Shown: positions 40,996 through 50,566, numbered from the stretch's first letter. The stretch is 64,000 nucleotides of DNA from an uncultured Gemmatimonadales bacterium (GCA_963739455.1 CAVUAK010000001.1:2496001-2560000), one strand, 5' to 3'. The notes: generated by a model from the sequence alone, not told the origin. Translations and numbers: made by a program.

Positions 40996-41657
40996 GTGGG
41001 AATCCTTTCGTGGAGAGCGATCGCTGGATTCTCGATGAGGTTCAACCCGGGCCTGTCCTCCGCGGCGGCGGCCACGAGTGCCGCTGCCACGTCCCGCGCG
41101 TGCACCGGCCGATACTTGCGCGGGAAGGCCCAGGACAACCGCTTGGCCAATTCCTCCGTCAACCGAAATTCCTTCCGGTCACCCAGCAGCAGCGACGGAC
41201 GCACGACGGTGACGGAGCGGAAGCCGAGGCCCTCGATGGCGACCTCGAGTTCGCCCTTCACCCGCAGGTAGAAACTGCGCGACGCAGGGTTGGCGTCGAC
41301 GCTGCTGACCAGGAGGAAGTGGCGTACGCCGGCGGCCAGGGCGAGTTCCGCCGCGCGCAAGGGGTACTCAAAGTCGACCTGGCGGAAGCGGTCCTGGCTG
41401 CCGGCCTGCTTGATGGTGGTGCCCAGGGCGCAGAACAGGTGGGTGGCCTGGAAGACGTCCGGCCGGGCATCAAGCCGGTCGAAGTCGACCAGCTCCGTCT
41501 TCACCTTCGCGGCCACAAGGTCGGAGGGGAGCGCTCGGCGGGCCAGCGCGGTGACGCGCTCAAACCCTGGATGTGCCGCGAGCTGCCGGATACACTCGCC
41601 GCCCACCAACCCGGTAGCACCGATGACGATGGCGGAGCTTCCTCCTGGCACGACCAT
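40992..41657 (-). CDS. NAD(P)-binding oxidoreductase (YraR/HTATIP2-like)
   Basis: GATGLVG, CALGTT, FYLRVKGE, RPSLLLG. Confidence 0.85.
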   Translation of the reverse strand: MVVPGGSSAIVIGATGLVGGECIRQLAAHPGFERVTALARRALPSDLVAAKVKTELVDFDRLDARPDVFQATHLFCALGTTIKQAGSQDRFRQVDFEYPLRAAELALAAGVRHFLLVSSVDANPASRSFYLRVKGELEVAIEGLGFRSVTVVRPSLLLGDRKEFRLTEELAKRLSWAFPRKYRPVHARDVAAALVAAAAEDRPGLNLIENPAIALHERIPT

Positions 41658-41738
41658 GTGTATTCCTCTGCGCTCCATCGAGGTTGAACTCCGCGGTATC
41701 GGGAACGTAACTTAGACACTCACATCTTCCCGGCGCCC

Positions 41739-43622
41739 ATGGTCTCCCGACGCGACTTGCTCCGCGTCCTCGCCGCTGTGCCGCTGCTTCGGCTGCCGGC
41801 CTGGCGTCCTGGCGCTCCCCCCGCCGCGCTCAGCGCATCGCCCTTTCCGCTCGGACAGGTGCGACTCGGCGCCGGTGAATGGGCCGATGCGCTCGACGTC
41901 AACCGCCGCTATCTCCTCTCACTCGACCCCGACCGCCTGCTCTACAGCTTCCGCACCACCGCGGGCCTGAGTACCAGCGCAATACCCTACGGCGGTTGGG
42001 AGGCCCCCGACAATGAGCTCCGCGGCCACTTCGTCGGGCACTATCTCTCGGCCTGTGCCCTCCTGGGGTCGCGCACCGGCGAGCAGGACGTTGCCGCGCG
42101 CGGGGCGCTCATGGTGTCCGGACTGGCCACCTGCCAGCAGGCCAACGGCGACGGCTACCTCAGCGCCTTTCCCGTGGCGTTCTTCGACCGCCTCCGTAAC
42201 TCCGGCCGTGTGTGGGCGCCGTTTTACACCTGGCACAAGCTGATGGCCGGCATGCTCGACTCCTACACCCTCACGGGTAACCGCACGGCGCTCGGCGTGG
42301 CGGAGGGGATGGCGGGGTGGACCAGTCGCTGGATGGCGACCCTGGATGCCACGGCGCAGCAGAAGATGCTCAACGTTGAGCACGGCGGCATGGTGGCCAC
42401 GCTCTACGACCTGGGCGACGCCACCGGCAAGACGGAGTACTACGCGCTGGGCGACCAGTTCCGGCACCAGCGCATCCTGGCGCCGATGGCGGCAGGGCGC
42501 GACGAACTGGCGGGCGTCCACGGCAACACGACGATCCCCAAGGTCATCGGCGAGGGTTGTCGCTACGATGCGATCGGCGACGCCGAGTCGCGGCGAATCT
42601 GCGAGTACTTCTGGGAGGATGTAGCGCAGCACCGGTCGTACGCCACCGGCGGAACGACCTCGGGCGAGGGATGGGTGGGCAAGCCGGACGAGCTGGCGGC
42701 CTCGCTCAGCCAGGAGACCGAGGAGACCTGCGTGAGCTACAACATGCTCAAGCTCACGCGGCAGCTCTTCGGCTGGTCGCCCGATGCGCGCTACGCCGAT
42801 TTCTACGAGCGACTGCTGCTCAACGGCATCCTGGGTACCCAGCACCCGGCGGACGGCCAGAAGCTCTATTACCTGCCCCTGGCCTCGGGCTACTGGAAGC
42901 TCTTCGGCACGCCGGGCCAGGACTTCTGGTGTTGCCACGGCACCGGGGTGGAGAACTTCGCCAAGGCGGGCGACAGCATCTACTTCCACGACGACGCGGG
43001 CCTCTGGGTCAATCTCTACATCCCCTCGGAGCTGCGCTGGCCCGAGCGCGGACTCACGCTCACGCAAACGACCGGCTTCCCGGAGCTCGACCACATCACG
43101 CTCACCGTGCAGGCGCCGACCCCGGTGCGGCTCGCGCTGCGGCTCCGGATCCCGTATTGGGCCGCCGGAGCGACGGTGGAACTGAACGGCCGGCCAGTGC
43201 CGGGTCCGCACCAGCCGGCGAGCTACACCGTGATCGACCGCACCTGGCGCACCGGCGACCGGGTGGAGTTGCGGCTCCCCATGGCGCTCCACTCGGCGCC
43301 GATGCCGGACGATCCCTCGCTGCTCGCGATCATGTACGGCCCGCTGGTGCTCGCCGGCCGGCTGGGGACCGCCGGGATCACCGAGGCCAATCGCCGCGCC
43401 GGCCCGACGGCGCCGTATACCGTGCCCGAGTTCCGCGATCCCGACCTCCCGCCGGCGCCGGTGCTGCGCGGCGATGCCGGGAACCTCGCGCGCTGGATCC
43501 GGCCGACCGGCCGGCCGCTCGAATTCCAGGTCACGGGACAGGAGACCGACTACACCCTTGTCCCGTTCTCCCGTCTGTTCGATGAGCGCTACGCCGTGTA
43601 CTGGACTGTCCGCCCCGCCTGA
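41739..43622 (+). CDS. GH127/GH146 beta-L-arabinofuranosidase-like protein, Tat-exported
   Basis: SRRDLL Tat signal; GGWE, GHYLSA, EHGGM, ETCVSYNMLKL, WCCHGTG. Confidence 0.88.
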   Translation: MVSRRDLLRVLAAVPLLRLPAWRPGAPPAALSASPFPLGQVRLGAGEWADALDVNRRYLLSLDPDRLLYSFRTTAGLSTSAIPYGGWEAPDNELRGHFVGHYLSACALLGSRTGEQDVAARGALMVSGLATCQQANGDGYLSAFPVAFFDRLRNSGRVWAPFYTWHKLMAGMLDSYTLTGNRTALGVAEGMAGWTSRWMATLDATAQQKMLNVEHGGMVATLYDLGDATGKTEYYALGDQFRHQRILAPMAAGRDELAGVHGNTTIPKVIGEGCRYDAIGDAESRRICEYFWEDVAQHRSYATGGTTSGEGWVGKPDELAASLSQETEETCVSYNMLKLTRQLFGWSPDARYADFYERLLLNGILGTQHPADGQKLYYLPLASGYWKLFGTPGQDFWCCHGTGVENFAKAGDSIYFHDDAGLWVNLYIPSELRWPERGLTLTQTTGFPELDHITLTVQAPTPVRLALRLRIPYWAAGATVELNGRPVPGPHQPASYTVIDRTWRTGDRVELRLPMALHSAPMPDDPSLLAIMYGPLVLAGRLGTAGITEANRRAGPTAPYTVPEFRDPDLPPAPVLRGDAGNLARWIRPTGRPLEFQVTGQETDYTLVPFSRLFDERYAVYWTVRPA

Positions 43623-43647
43623 TCTTCCCGCATCACCGGAGTGCACC

Positions 43648-45312
43648 GTGGCCGACGGAACCATCACACCGCTCCGCTCGACCGATGACGTCTTCCTGCC
43701 GCCCCGCGGCAACGAGTTCATGAAGTTCAGCTTCGGCTTCCCGGAGCCATCGGTGGAGTTTGCCGGCTATCGCTTCGGGTTCCTCGTCTTCAGCGACGAG
43801 AACACCTACGGCCTCCAAGCCGACGCGATGACCGTGACTCCGGTGGCCGGCGGGCTGCAGCTGCACTGCAGCCGCTTCGTCTGGGCCGGCGGCCAGGAAA
43901 CGGCGCCCGGCAGCCTCACGGTGACGTTCCACCGCGAGGGAAACGCCATCGAGTGGGACATCGTTGCCATGATGGACCGCCCGGTGAAGACGGTCACGAC
44001 GGTCATCCGCGGCATCCCCCGCGGGCTGGTCTCGCTCGGCGCGGGTGACGCCCGGGACCGGAAGGACGACGAGATCCTCGCCGGGTATCCCTTTGCCGCC
44101 GGTGACCTGCACGGTCCCGGAGCTGCCGAGGTGATCAGCACCCCGGTCATGGCGGTGCAGGGGGAGAATGGAAGCGTTGTCGCGGTATCGTCGCTCGACT
44201 CGCGCGTGCGGCCCAAGCGATTCTATCTGCAGCCGGGGGCGGAGGGCTACCGGGTCGAGGCGATCTACGAGCACGACGCCTGGCGCAACGATCACCAGGT
44301 GCCGGTGCCCCGCTGGCGGCTGGTCCGCGCCCCGACCATGGACGATGCGCTCGCACCGCATTTCACCTTCCTGCAACAGGCCTTCCAGCTCGTTCCGTGG
44401 AGCGAGCGCGCCGACCTGCCGGCCTGGGCCCGGGACATCGCCCTGGTCGTCACGCTCCACGGCATGCACTACACCGGCTACATGTTCAACGACTACGCCG
44501 GCATGTTGGAAATCCTGCGGTGGATGGCGACGCTGATCGCGCCGTCACGCGTGCTGGTCTTTCTTCCCGCCTGGGACGGCCGGTACTACTACGACTATCC
44601 CACCTATCACACCGCCGAGCGGATGGGTGGGGAAGCGGGCTTCCGCCAGCTCGTCACCGAGGCGCGGCGCCTCGGCTATCACGTGGCACCGATGTTCGGG
44701 CTCAACGCGGCCAACCGGCGGCTCCCCAGCTGGCCCGCCATTCAGGGCGGGGCGGTGACCAAGGTCGACGGCGACGTATACAATCTCAATTGGGTGGACT
44801 GGAACAACGACCGGCACCAGGATGGATGGCTCGCGTACATGAACGTGGGTGAGGTCAGTTGGCGCGAGTATCTCCTTGCCCGGATCGATGAGGTGATCGT
44901 CCGCTATGGCGTCGACGCCTACTTCCTCGACATTTCCGCCGGGCACGTGAATGCGCGCAACGGCGACATGCACCTCGGTACACGCCAGCTGGTGCAGGAG
45001 CTCCGCCTCCGCCATCCCGATGTGCTCTGCATCGGCGAATTTCCCTACGACGCCCTCCACGGTTTCATCCCGATGTTCCAGGTGGGGCTCGGCCCGCGCT
45101 GGCAGGTGTACTCCCGCAACTTCCAGCATCTCAGCAGCCCTGCGCCCGGCCTCGGCTCCAGCGGCGTGCACGAGCAGGGGTTCGGTCATTTCGATCCGGC
45201 GACGTACAATCTTTCGCCGGGCACGATCCCGACGCTGCAGGTGGTGGACGACACGTTCGGGACGCAGCGGGAGGCGATGGAGAGCATCATTCGAGCGGCG
45301 GCGCGGCGGTGA
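43648..45312 (+). CDS. hypothetical protein, probable glycoside-hydrolase-like TIM barrel
   Basis: WDGRYY, MGGEAGFRQL, YGVDAYFLD, GE; follows the GH127 gene. Confidence 0.6.
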   Translation: MADGTITPLRSTDDVFLPPRGNEFMKFSFGFPEPSVEFAGYRFGFLVFSDENTYGLQADAMTVTPVAGGLQLHCSRFVWAGGQETAPGSLTVTFHREGNAIEWDIVAMMDRPVKTVTTVIRGIPRGLVSLGAGDARDRKDDEILAGYPFAAGDLHGPGAAEVISTPVMAVQGENGSVVAVSSLDSRVRPKRFYLQPGAEGYRVEAIYEHDAWRNDHQVPVPRWRLVRAPTMDDALAPHFTFLQQAFQLVPWSERADLPAWARDIALVVTLHGMHYTGYMFNDYAGMLEILRWMATLIAPSRVLVFLPAWDGRYYYDYPTYHTAERMGGEAGFRQLVTEARRLGYHVAPMFGLNAANRRLPSWPAIQGGAVTKVDGDVYNLNWVDWNNDRHQDGWLAYMNVGEVSWREYLLARIDEVIVRYGVDAYFLDISAGHVNARNGDMHLGTRQLVQELRLRHPDVLCIGEFPYDALHGFIPMFQVGLGPRWQVYSRNFQHLSSPAPGLGSSGVHEQGFGHFDPATYNLSPGTIPTLQVVDDTFGTQREAMESIIRAAARR

Positions 45313-45343
45313 GTCGATTCAGGAGCGCACAATATACGGACGT

Positions 45344-45757
45344 CTAGTCTTCAATTATTGGAGCGCCGTTCTTCAAGGCCAGGTCGATTTGTTCTCTAGC
45401 CGCTTTGATCTCGTCAGGAGGATGTCCCTCCCAATCCTTTACTTCAGCCACCACCTTGAAACCCTTCTGTGCTCGAAAGGAGTTCGTCGGATTGCCGGGA
45501 AACTTCTTGTCGGTAAGGTTCGGATCGTTCTCAATCGTACCCATGGGCTCAACGACGTAGATCCTGCCGGGCCCATCGCCTACAGCCAGTTCCGCTCCCC
45601 AAATTGCCACATTCAAGTTCGACGACGCATAAACAAACTTTGCCTTCCGTTCGCCGTAATTGGCATCATTTCCGGGGACGATAAGATCTCCGATGCCGAG
45701 ATGGCATTTGGTGCCGTGAAAATAGCTTTGAATGAAATTGGGATGTTGGTCTGTCAC
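45344..45757 (-). CDS. arr: NAD+--rifampin ADP-ribosyltransferase
   Basis: FHGTK..L..GDL, WGAELA, GRIYVVEP.G..E.DPNLTDKKFPGNPT, WEGH. Confidence 0.9.
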   Translation of the reverse strand: MTDQHPNFIQSYFHGTKCHLGIGDLIVPGNDANYGERKAKFVYASSNLNVAIWGAELAVGDGPGRIYVVEPMGTIENDPNLTDKKFPGNPTNSFRAQKGFKVVAEVKDWEGHPPDEIKAAREQIDLALKNGAPIIED

Positions 45758-45769
45758 GTTGTCACCCTG

Positions 45770-45850
45770 AAGACAAAATTGGGCCAGCCCGGGCGCGCGA
45801 GGGTCCGGTGGGACCCCGATTCGCGCTTGATGCTCCAGCCGAGCCGCAAC
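45770..45850 (-). pseudogene. hicA fragment
   Basis: About 70 nt nearly identical to 48401-48473, encoding RLGWSIKRESGSHRTLA. Confidence 0.75.
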
Positions 45851-46058
45851 CGCCAAGAGCGCCGCCATCTCTCCCGGACCCGACTGGCGTGCCAACGAAA
45901 CGTCAATGATCCAGGTGGGCGGCTCGGTGTGTGCCGCGATGGCCACATCAGCCCACTCCACCGCGCGGCTCACGGGTATCCAGCCCCATCGAATGCCGAG
46001 GTGTAGCTGAGCTGGCTCGGACTTGAGCGAGTCTGCTGCACTGCCAGGTGAGTCGACC

Positions 46059-46850
46059 TCAGCGTTGTGCCGGTGGCGAAACCAGTAGTGTGTCCGGGTG
46101 CCGGAGATCAACGACGCCGTTGAATATCACTAGTGCTTCGGCAACGCCGCGAGGGTCACTGACCTGGCGCACATTGAGTGTATAGATCCCGGGCTGCAGG
46201 CTCGGCATCTGAGCCTCCCATTCGACACAGGCGGTGATCATTACGACGATGTCCTGCTGCTGGGGAATGACATCCAACACGATCCCCGAGCCATCTCGAT
46301 AGGCACGGGCATGGAGGTCCAGTGGCGCATTCGCGCTGCCCGTGAACCCCGTGACCCGAATTGACGTTGCCGTCGTCTCGACTAGGTACACGCCGCTACA
46401 AAGACCGGTGTGTGATTCGGGCATCGTGCGAAAGCGCAGCTTCAGTGCTGACGCATCGCGCTCTCCTGGTGCCCGACCAACCTCCTGCAGCACGAGCGGA
46501 GCTGACCGCAGCGTCACTGCGATAGTCTCGGTACGGCCTTCGCGCACGACGATCGTGTCGGTGCGGCGACTGTTCCCGATCAGCGCGACCGCGACGGCGT
46601 ATGTGCCGGCCGGAAGTGAGTCCGCGCGGAATGCGCCCACACTGTTGGTCACAAGGGTCTGAAGGGGCAGTTCCGGGCCGGGCACAGCATAGATCTGAAC
46701 TAGCGCAGTGGCCAGGGCCACTCCTGTGGAATCGCGGACAATTCCTACAATGCCCCCAGGACCTGTGCCGGGGCCTGCACTTTGTGCCGCGGCAGCGTGG
46801 CCGACGGCAAGCGCGACGGCGACCGAAGCGGACATGACAAAGGTGACCAT
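46059..46850 (-). CDS. cassette: exported carboxypeptidase-regulatory-like domain protein
   Basis: GIVGIVRDSTG...G.F...LPAGTY.V; its own attC is lost. Confidence 0.65.
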   Translation of the reverse strand: MVTFVMSASVAVALAVGHAAAAQSAGPGTGPGGIVGIVRDSTGVALATALVQIYAVPGPELPLQTLVTNSVGAFRADSLPAGTYAVAVALIGNSRRTDTIVVREGRTETIAVTLRSAPLVLQEVGRAPGERDASALKLRFRTMPESHTGLCSGVYLVETTATSIRVTGFTGSANAPLDLHARAYRDGSGIVLDVIPQQQDIVVMITACVEWEAQMPSLQPGIYTLNVRQVSDPRGVAEALVIFNGVVDLRHPDTLLVSPPAQR

Positions 46851-46869
46851 ACGACGAACCTCGCTTGCA

Positions 46870-47002
46870 GCATAACGCGTTGCACATGTGCTGCGGCCGC
46901 GGTCGCGGCGCGAGCGCGGCGGCTCAACAAGCTGCTGGCACGGGCCGCGCTCGTGCCGCACAAGCCGCCCGCGGCCGAGAGCTCACCATGTGCGTGTTAT
47001 GC
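46870..47002 (-). repeat. attC site
   Basis: GCATAAC...GTTATGC. Confidence 0.92.
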
Positions 47003-47296
47003 CTCACGTCGTCGGATCCAGCGGCGCGGATGGCGCCGGGAATGCGCCACCGCCACGAGGCGGACCCGATCTGAGTCCACGTGGAAGTAGATGCCGAACG
47101 GGTAGCTCGGAAGCAGGGCGCGCCGGAGTGTGTCATGGACGCGGACAATGAACTCCGGTCGCTCGCGAATCGCCGTGAGCGTGACTTCAACCGTATCAAG
47201 AAAACGCGCCGCAGCTTGGGGAGAGCGTGCGGCGTACCAGGCGTGTGCTTCGTCGATGTCCGCCTCGGCGATGGGGCGGATCACGAGGCGCCGCAC
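46997..47296 (-). CDS. cassette: RelE/ParE toxin
   Basis: AEADIDEAHAWY, RRALL..YPFGIYF, AHSRRHP. Confidence 0.85.
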   Translation of the reverse strand: MRRLVIRPIAEADIDEAHAWYAARSPQAAARFLDTVEVTLTAIRERPEFIVRVHDTLRRALLPSYPFGIYFHVDSDRVRLVAVAHSRRHPRRWIRRREA

Positions 47297-47517
47297 TAGC
47301 GCCTGCGCTGCTCGATGCGCGCCCGGACGTCTTCCCAAGGTGACCCGGCATCCGGATCCCGCTCCATTTCGGCAAGTCGACGATCAAGCTCCGCGGCTAG
47401 TGCAGGCGAGATCGGAGCAGCCGCGCCTTCGGAAGCGAGGCTGTCCCAAAGCTCCTCGAGCAACGCGAGCCGCTCGGATACACTCAGGCGGGACAGGTCC
47501 ACGGGCGAAGAGGCCAT
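47296..47517 (-). CDS. cassette: addiction module antitoxin (TIGR02574-like)
   Basis: LSVSERLALLEELWDSL, ELDRR, WEDVR. Confidence 0.85.
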   Translation of the reverse strand: MASSPVDLSRLSVSERLALLEELWDSLASEGAAAPISPALAAELDRRLAEMERDPDAGSPWEDVRARIEQRRR

Positions 47518-47563
47518 GGCTGAATCCTAGGATCTCAAAGGTGAACGGGCAACTGTCCGTGAG

Positions 47564-47604
47564 GCATAACGCGTTGCCGACAGCTCACCATGTGCTTGTT
47601 ATGC
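47564..47604 (-). repeat. deleted attC (41 bp, L' and centre missing)
   Basis: gcataacgcgttg joined to ccgacagctcaccatgtgcttgttatgc. Confidence 0.85.
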
Positions 47605-47898
47605 CTCACTCCGACGGATCCAGCGGCGTGGATGCCGACGGCCGTGGACCACGCCGAGAATGCTGATGACCTTCGGAAAGATCCGGTAGTAGACGCCGTA
47701 CGGAAAGTGCATCACGGCAGCCCGACGCAGCTCACCCCGGACGAGCGGCCACGCCTCAGGATTCTCCTCAATGCGGACCATGGTCGCGTCGAGCTCATCA
47801 AGAAAACGCGCGGCCACATCCGGTGACCGCGCTGCATACCACTCGAAGGCTTGTGCGAGCTCAGCGCTCGCCACCGACCGAACCGCCAGGCGACGCAC
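47599..47898 (-). CDS. cassette: RelE/ParE toxin
   Basis: AFEWY, RRAAVMHFPYGVYY, VHGRRHP. Confidence 0.85.
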   Translation of the reverse strand: MRRLAVRSVASAELAQAFEWYAARSPDVAARFLDELDATMVRIEENPEAWPLVRGELRRAAVMHFPYGVYYRIFPKVISILGVVHGRRHPRRWIRRSEA

Positions 47899-48114
47899 CT
47901 ACAGGCGGCGGCGCAACTCGTCCCGAACTTCAGCCCAAGAGCGGCCAGCGTCCGGGTCCTGCTCCGCTTCCGCCGAACGCCGGTCAAGCTCCGCCGCAAC
48001 GTCGGGCGTCAGTTCGTGGGTCCGCGTCGGGTCCAAGCTATCCCAGAGCTCGCCAATAAGCTCCAGGCGCTGATCCGGCGTCAGATGCGAAAAGTCCACG
48101 AGTGGTGCCGACAT
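47899..48114 (-). CDS. cassette: addiction module antitoxin (TIGR02574-like)
   Basis: QRLELIGELWDSL, ELDRR, WAEVR. Confidence 0.85.
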   Translation of the reverse strand: MSAPLVDFSHLTPDQRLELIGELWDSLDPTRTHELTPDVAAELDRRSAEAEQDPDAGRSWAEVRDELRRRL

Positions 48115-48165
48115 GTTTGCAATCTGCTAAAGGAGCCCTGCGCAGGCAAGGAAGACCGTGGTGAG

Positions 48166-48298
48166 GCATAACGCGTTGCACATGTGCTTCGGCCGCGGTA
48201 CGCGGCGCCAGCGACGCGACTGACCAGGCTCCTAGGACAGGCGGCGCTGGCGCCGCATCAACGCCCGCGGCCGACAGCTCACCATGTGCGTGTTATAC
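48166..48298 (-). repeat. attC site
   Basis: GCATAAC...GTTATAC. Confidence 0.92.
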
Positions 48299-48308
48299 AG
48301 CACGGACG

Positions 48309-48522
48309 CTAGAGGTCGCTTGGGGTCAGGCCGGTATGCATTGGCGATGCGCGCCAGCATGCGCGGGCCAATCTCATCAGTGTCGTGAAAGGCGAATACG
48401 AAATCGGGCCAGTCTGGGTGTGCGAGGGTCCGGTGGGACCCTGATTCGCGCTTGATGCTCCAGCCGAGCCGCACCAACGCGGCGAAGACGCGGCGCGCCT
48501 TGGCGGCGCCCCACGTGCTCAT
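48309..48522 (-). CDS. hicA: cassette: HicA toxin (1-nt insertion near 48341)
   Basis: GWSIKRESGSH; removing one base restores AKHTGLTPSDL*. Confidence 0.8.
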
Positions 48523-48725
48523 GCGGCCAGGAAGGACACCGTGAGGAGTTCGGGCACGGCTTCGCCGGCTTCCATGCGTTCAGCCAAGGCGTGCAGCGCC
48601 AGGGCCTGAACCTTGGCCACAGCATCCGTACGGGTCACGCCGTAAGTCATAACCCCCGGCATCTCGGGCACTTCGGCGATCCAGCGACCGTCGGCTTCCT
48701 GGTCGATTTCGATATTGAACGTCAT
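48519..48725 (-). CDS. hicB: cassette: HicB antitoxin
   Basis: EADGRWIAEVPEMPGVMTYG. Confidence 0.85.
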   Translation of the reverse strand: MTFNIEIDQEADGRWIAEVPEMPGVMTYGVTRTDAVAKVQALALHALAERMEAGEAVPELLTVSFLAA

Positions 48726-48783
48726 GGGGCCCTCTGGGAGAGTGGCAGACCCTAGGAATCTAGCCCCGCCACCCCGTCGTGCT

Positions 48784-48915
48784 GTATAACGCGTTGCACA
48801 TGCGCTGCGGCCGCGGTGGCGGCGCGAGCGCGGCGGCTCAACAGGCTCTCAGCACAGGCCGCGCTCGTGCCGCACCAAGACCCGCGGCCGACAGCTCACC
48901 ATGTGCTTGTTATGC
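48784..48915 (-). repeat. attC site
   Basis: GTATAAC...GTTATGC. Confidence 0.92.
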
Positions 48916-48930
48916 TGCAGGGCCGCGGGA

Positions 48931-49266
48931 CTAGCCCAGCAACTGTATAAGGCGTGCGCGAACGTCGTCGCGGAATAAGGCCTCGACTGCTACAATGCGG
49001 CCTCCGGCGACATCGACATTGAGCATGCCGGAGGCTACTTCGTCCAACGCAAGGGTCTCGTGATCCGGGCCCCACGCACCATCCGATCGCGCTTTCGCGT
49101 AGAAAGTCGCGCAAAAGTCGTCCCCGCACCTGCAGCGATCTACGATTCGAAGAGACGAGAGCTGATCCGCAAGCTCGGGGCGATTCTCTGCGCGAAGGAG
49201 CCTATCCAACTCGCCTGAGAGCTGAGGCAGTGCTTCCGAAAGCAGGAGCGGTGAGCTCGATTTCAT
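48931..49266 (-). CDS. cassette hypothetical protein (CxCxxxxC)
   Basis: DRCRCGDDFCATFY. Confidence 0.7.
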   Translation of the reverse strand: MKSSSPLLLSEALPQLSGELDRLLRAENRPELADQLSSLRIVDRCRCGDDFCATFYAKARSDGAWGPDHETLALDEVASGMLNVDVAGGRIVAVEALFRDDVRARLIQLLG

Positions 49267-49282
49267 TGAGATCCTAGTTGCA

Positions 49283-49414
49283 GCATAACGCGTTGCCCAT
49301 GTGCTGCGGCCGCGGTGGCGGCGCGAGCGCGGCGGCTCAATAGGCTTCTAGCACAGGCCGCGCTCGTGCCGCACCAGAATCCGCGGCCGACAGCTCACCA
49401 TGTGCGTGTTATGC
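49283..49414 (-). repeat. attC site
   Basis: GCATAAC...GTTATGC. Confidence 0.92.
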
Positions 49415-49951
49415 AGCAACAGTTTCAGGTGTGTCGAGTAGCTCAACCTGACCCACATGCCTCCTTACGAGCGCTCGCAACGGGGCAAGATCGACATCCG
49501 GAACCATTCGCCGCGGTATGAAATACGCGCACTTTGCAGTATAGAAGAACAAGAAGAACTCTTCGGTCTCAACGACGCGCTCGATGGCCCGCCATTCGAA
49601 CTTCGCTGACGTCCCATCATCGCGGCATTCTAAGCCTTGCGCAGTTACTTCGCGCGTGATCTGGCCACGTAACCGATGATTCTGCTTCATGGCCCGTTTG
49701 ATCGACCAGCGCGTGATCCACGGAATGCCGAAGTACGTGAACAGCGGAAAGAAGAACCAAGGCCAGATGAGAACACGATCCCATCGGACATGCCCTTGCA
49801 GGAGGCCGCCGAGGAACAAGGAGAAGAGCGTCAAGCCAAGCGGAAACCCGAACGCAAGCAGGAGCGTGAGCTTATTGCCTCCGCAAACGCGCTGAACGGC
49901 CCGGTGTGCCCGGAGGTACTCAGCTTCGTCAAACGGCGCCTGAAATTGCAT
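49409..49951 (-). CDS. cassette: YcxB family membrane protein
   Basis: 2 TM then W..IERVVET.E.F.F......Y.IPRR; stop inside R''. Confidence 0.8.
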   Translation of the reverse strand: MQFQAPFDEAEYLRAHRAVQRVCGGNKLTLLLAFGFPLGLTLFSLFLGGLLQGHVRWDRVLIWPWFFFPLFTYFGIPWITRWSIKRAMKQNHRLRGQITREVTAQGLECRDDGTSAKFEWRAIERVVETEEFFLFFYTAKCAYFIPRRMVPDVDLAPLRALVRRHVGQVELLDTPETVAA

Positions 49952-49983
49952 TTACTCCGCTTTCGAGAATGTTTGGCATTGCT

Positions 49984-50115
49984 GCATAACGCGTTGCACA
50001 TGTGCTGCGGCCGCGGTGGCGGCGCGAGCGCGGCGACTGAACAGGCTCTTGGCACGGGCCGCGCTCGTGCCGCATCAACAACCCGCGGCCGACAGCCACC
50101 ATGTGCGTGTTATGC
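49984..50115 (-). repeat. attC site
   Basis: GCATAAC...GTTATGC. Confidence 0.92.
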
Positions 50116-50161
50116 GTCAGGCCCGCACCAGCATAGATTCCACTGGTCCTAAGGAGGCCAT

Positions 50162-50383
50162 ATGCAAATTCAGTTCACGGCAGTCTTCCGCAAAGTCCCG
50201 GAAGGGTATGTCGGCTTCGTTGAGGAGCTGCCCGGCGCCAATACGCAGGGAGCTACCCTGGATGAGGCACGCGTGAACCTGCAGGAAGCCGTCGAGCTGG
50301 TGCTCGAAGCGAACCGCGCCCTGGCCGAGCTGGAGCTTGGCACGGCGGATGTGATTCGCGAGCCGCTCCGCCTCACGGCGTGA
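50162..50383 (+). CDS. hicB: cassette (inverted ORFs): HicB antitoxin
   Basis: GYVGFVEELPGANTQGATLDEA; TAAGGAGG RBS. Confidence 0.88.
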   Translation: MQIQFTAVFRKVPEGYVGFVEELPGANTQGATLDEARVNLQEAVELVLEANRALAELELGTADVIREPLRLTA

Positions 50384-50565
50384 AGCGCGTTGATCTCGTG
50401 CGCCACCTGCTGGCGCACGGCTGTGAACTTCTTCGAGAAGGTGGCAACCACTCGGTTTTCTTGAACCGGGCAGCGCGTAGAGTGACCACCGTACCCCGCC
50501 ATCGCGAGATCAATGAATTGCTCGCGCGCAAGATCTGCAAGGATCTCGACGTACCCCCGTCCTGA
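50380..50565 (+). CDS. hicA: cassette (inverted ORFs): HicA toxin
   Basis: GC.LLREGGNH...VPRHREI...ICK. Confidence 0.88.
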   Translation: MKRVDLVRHLLAHGCELLREGGNHSVFLNRAARRVTTVPRHREINELLARKICKDLDVPPS

Positions 50566-50566
50566 C

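Noticed and set aside
35729..43721. Long antisense ORFs (e.g. 35729-37159 +, 41919-43721 -)
   Set aside because: Shadows of real genes on the opposite strand in high-GC DNA.
16331..46058. Prophage, IS or ICE in the accessory region
   Set aside because: No transposase, phage structural, relaxase or second integrase gene recognised, and no duplicated tRNA-Sec 3' end noticed.
45344..46111. 255-aa ORF as a genuine extended Arr fusion
   Set aside because: The N-terminal part is a patchwork that includes an out-of-frame hicA fragment; Arr similarity starts near 45757.
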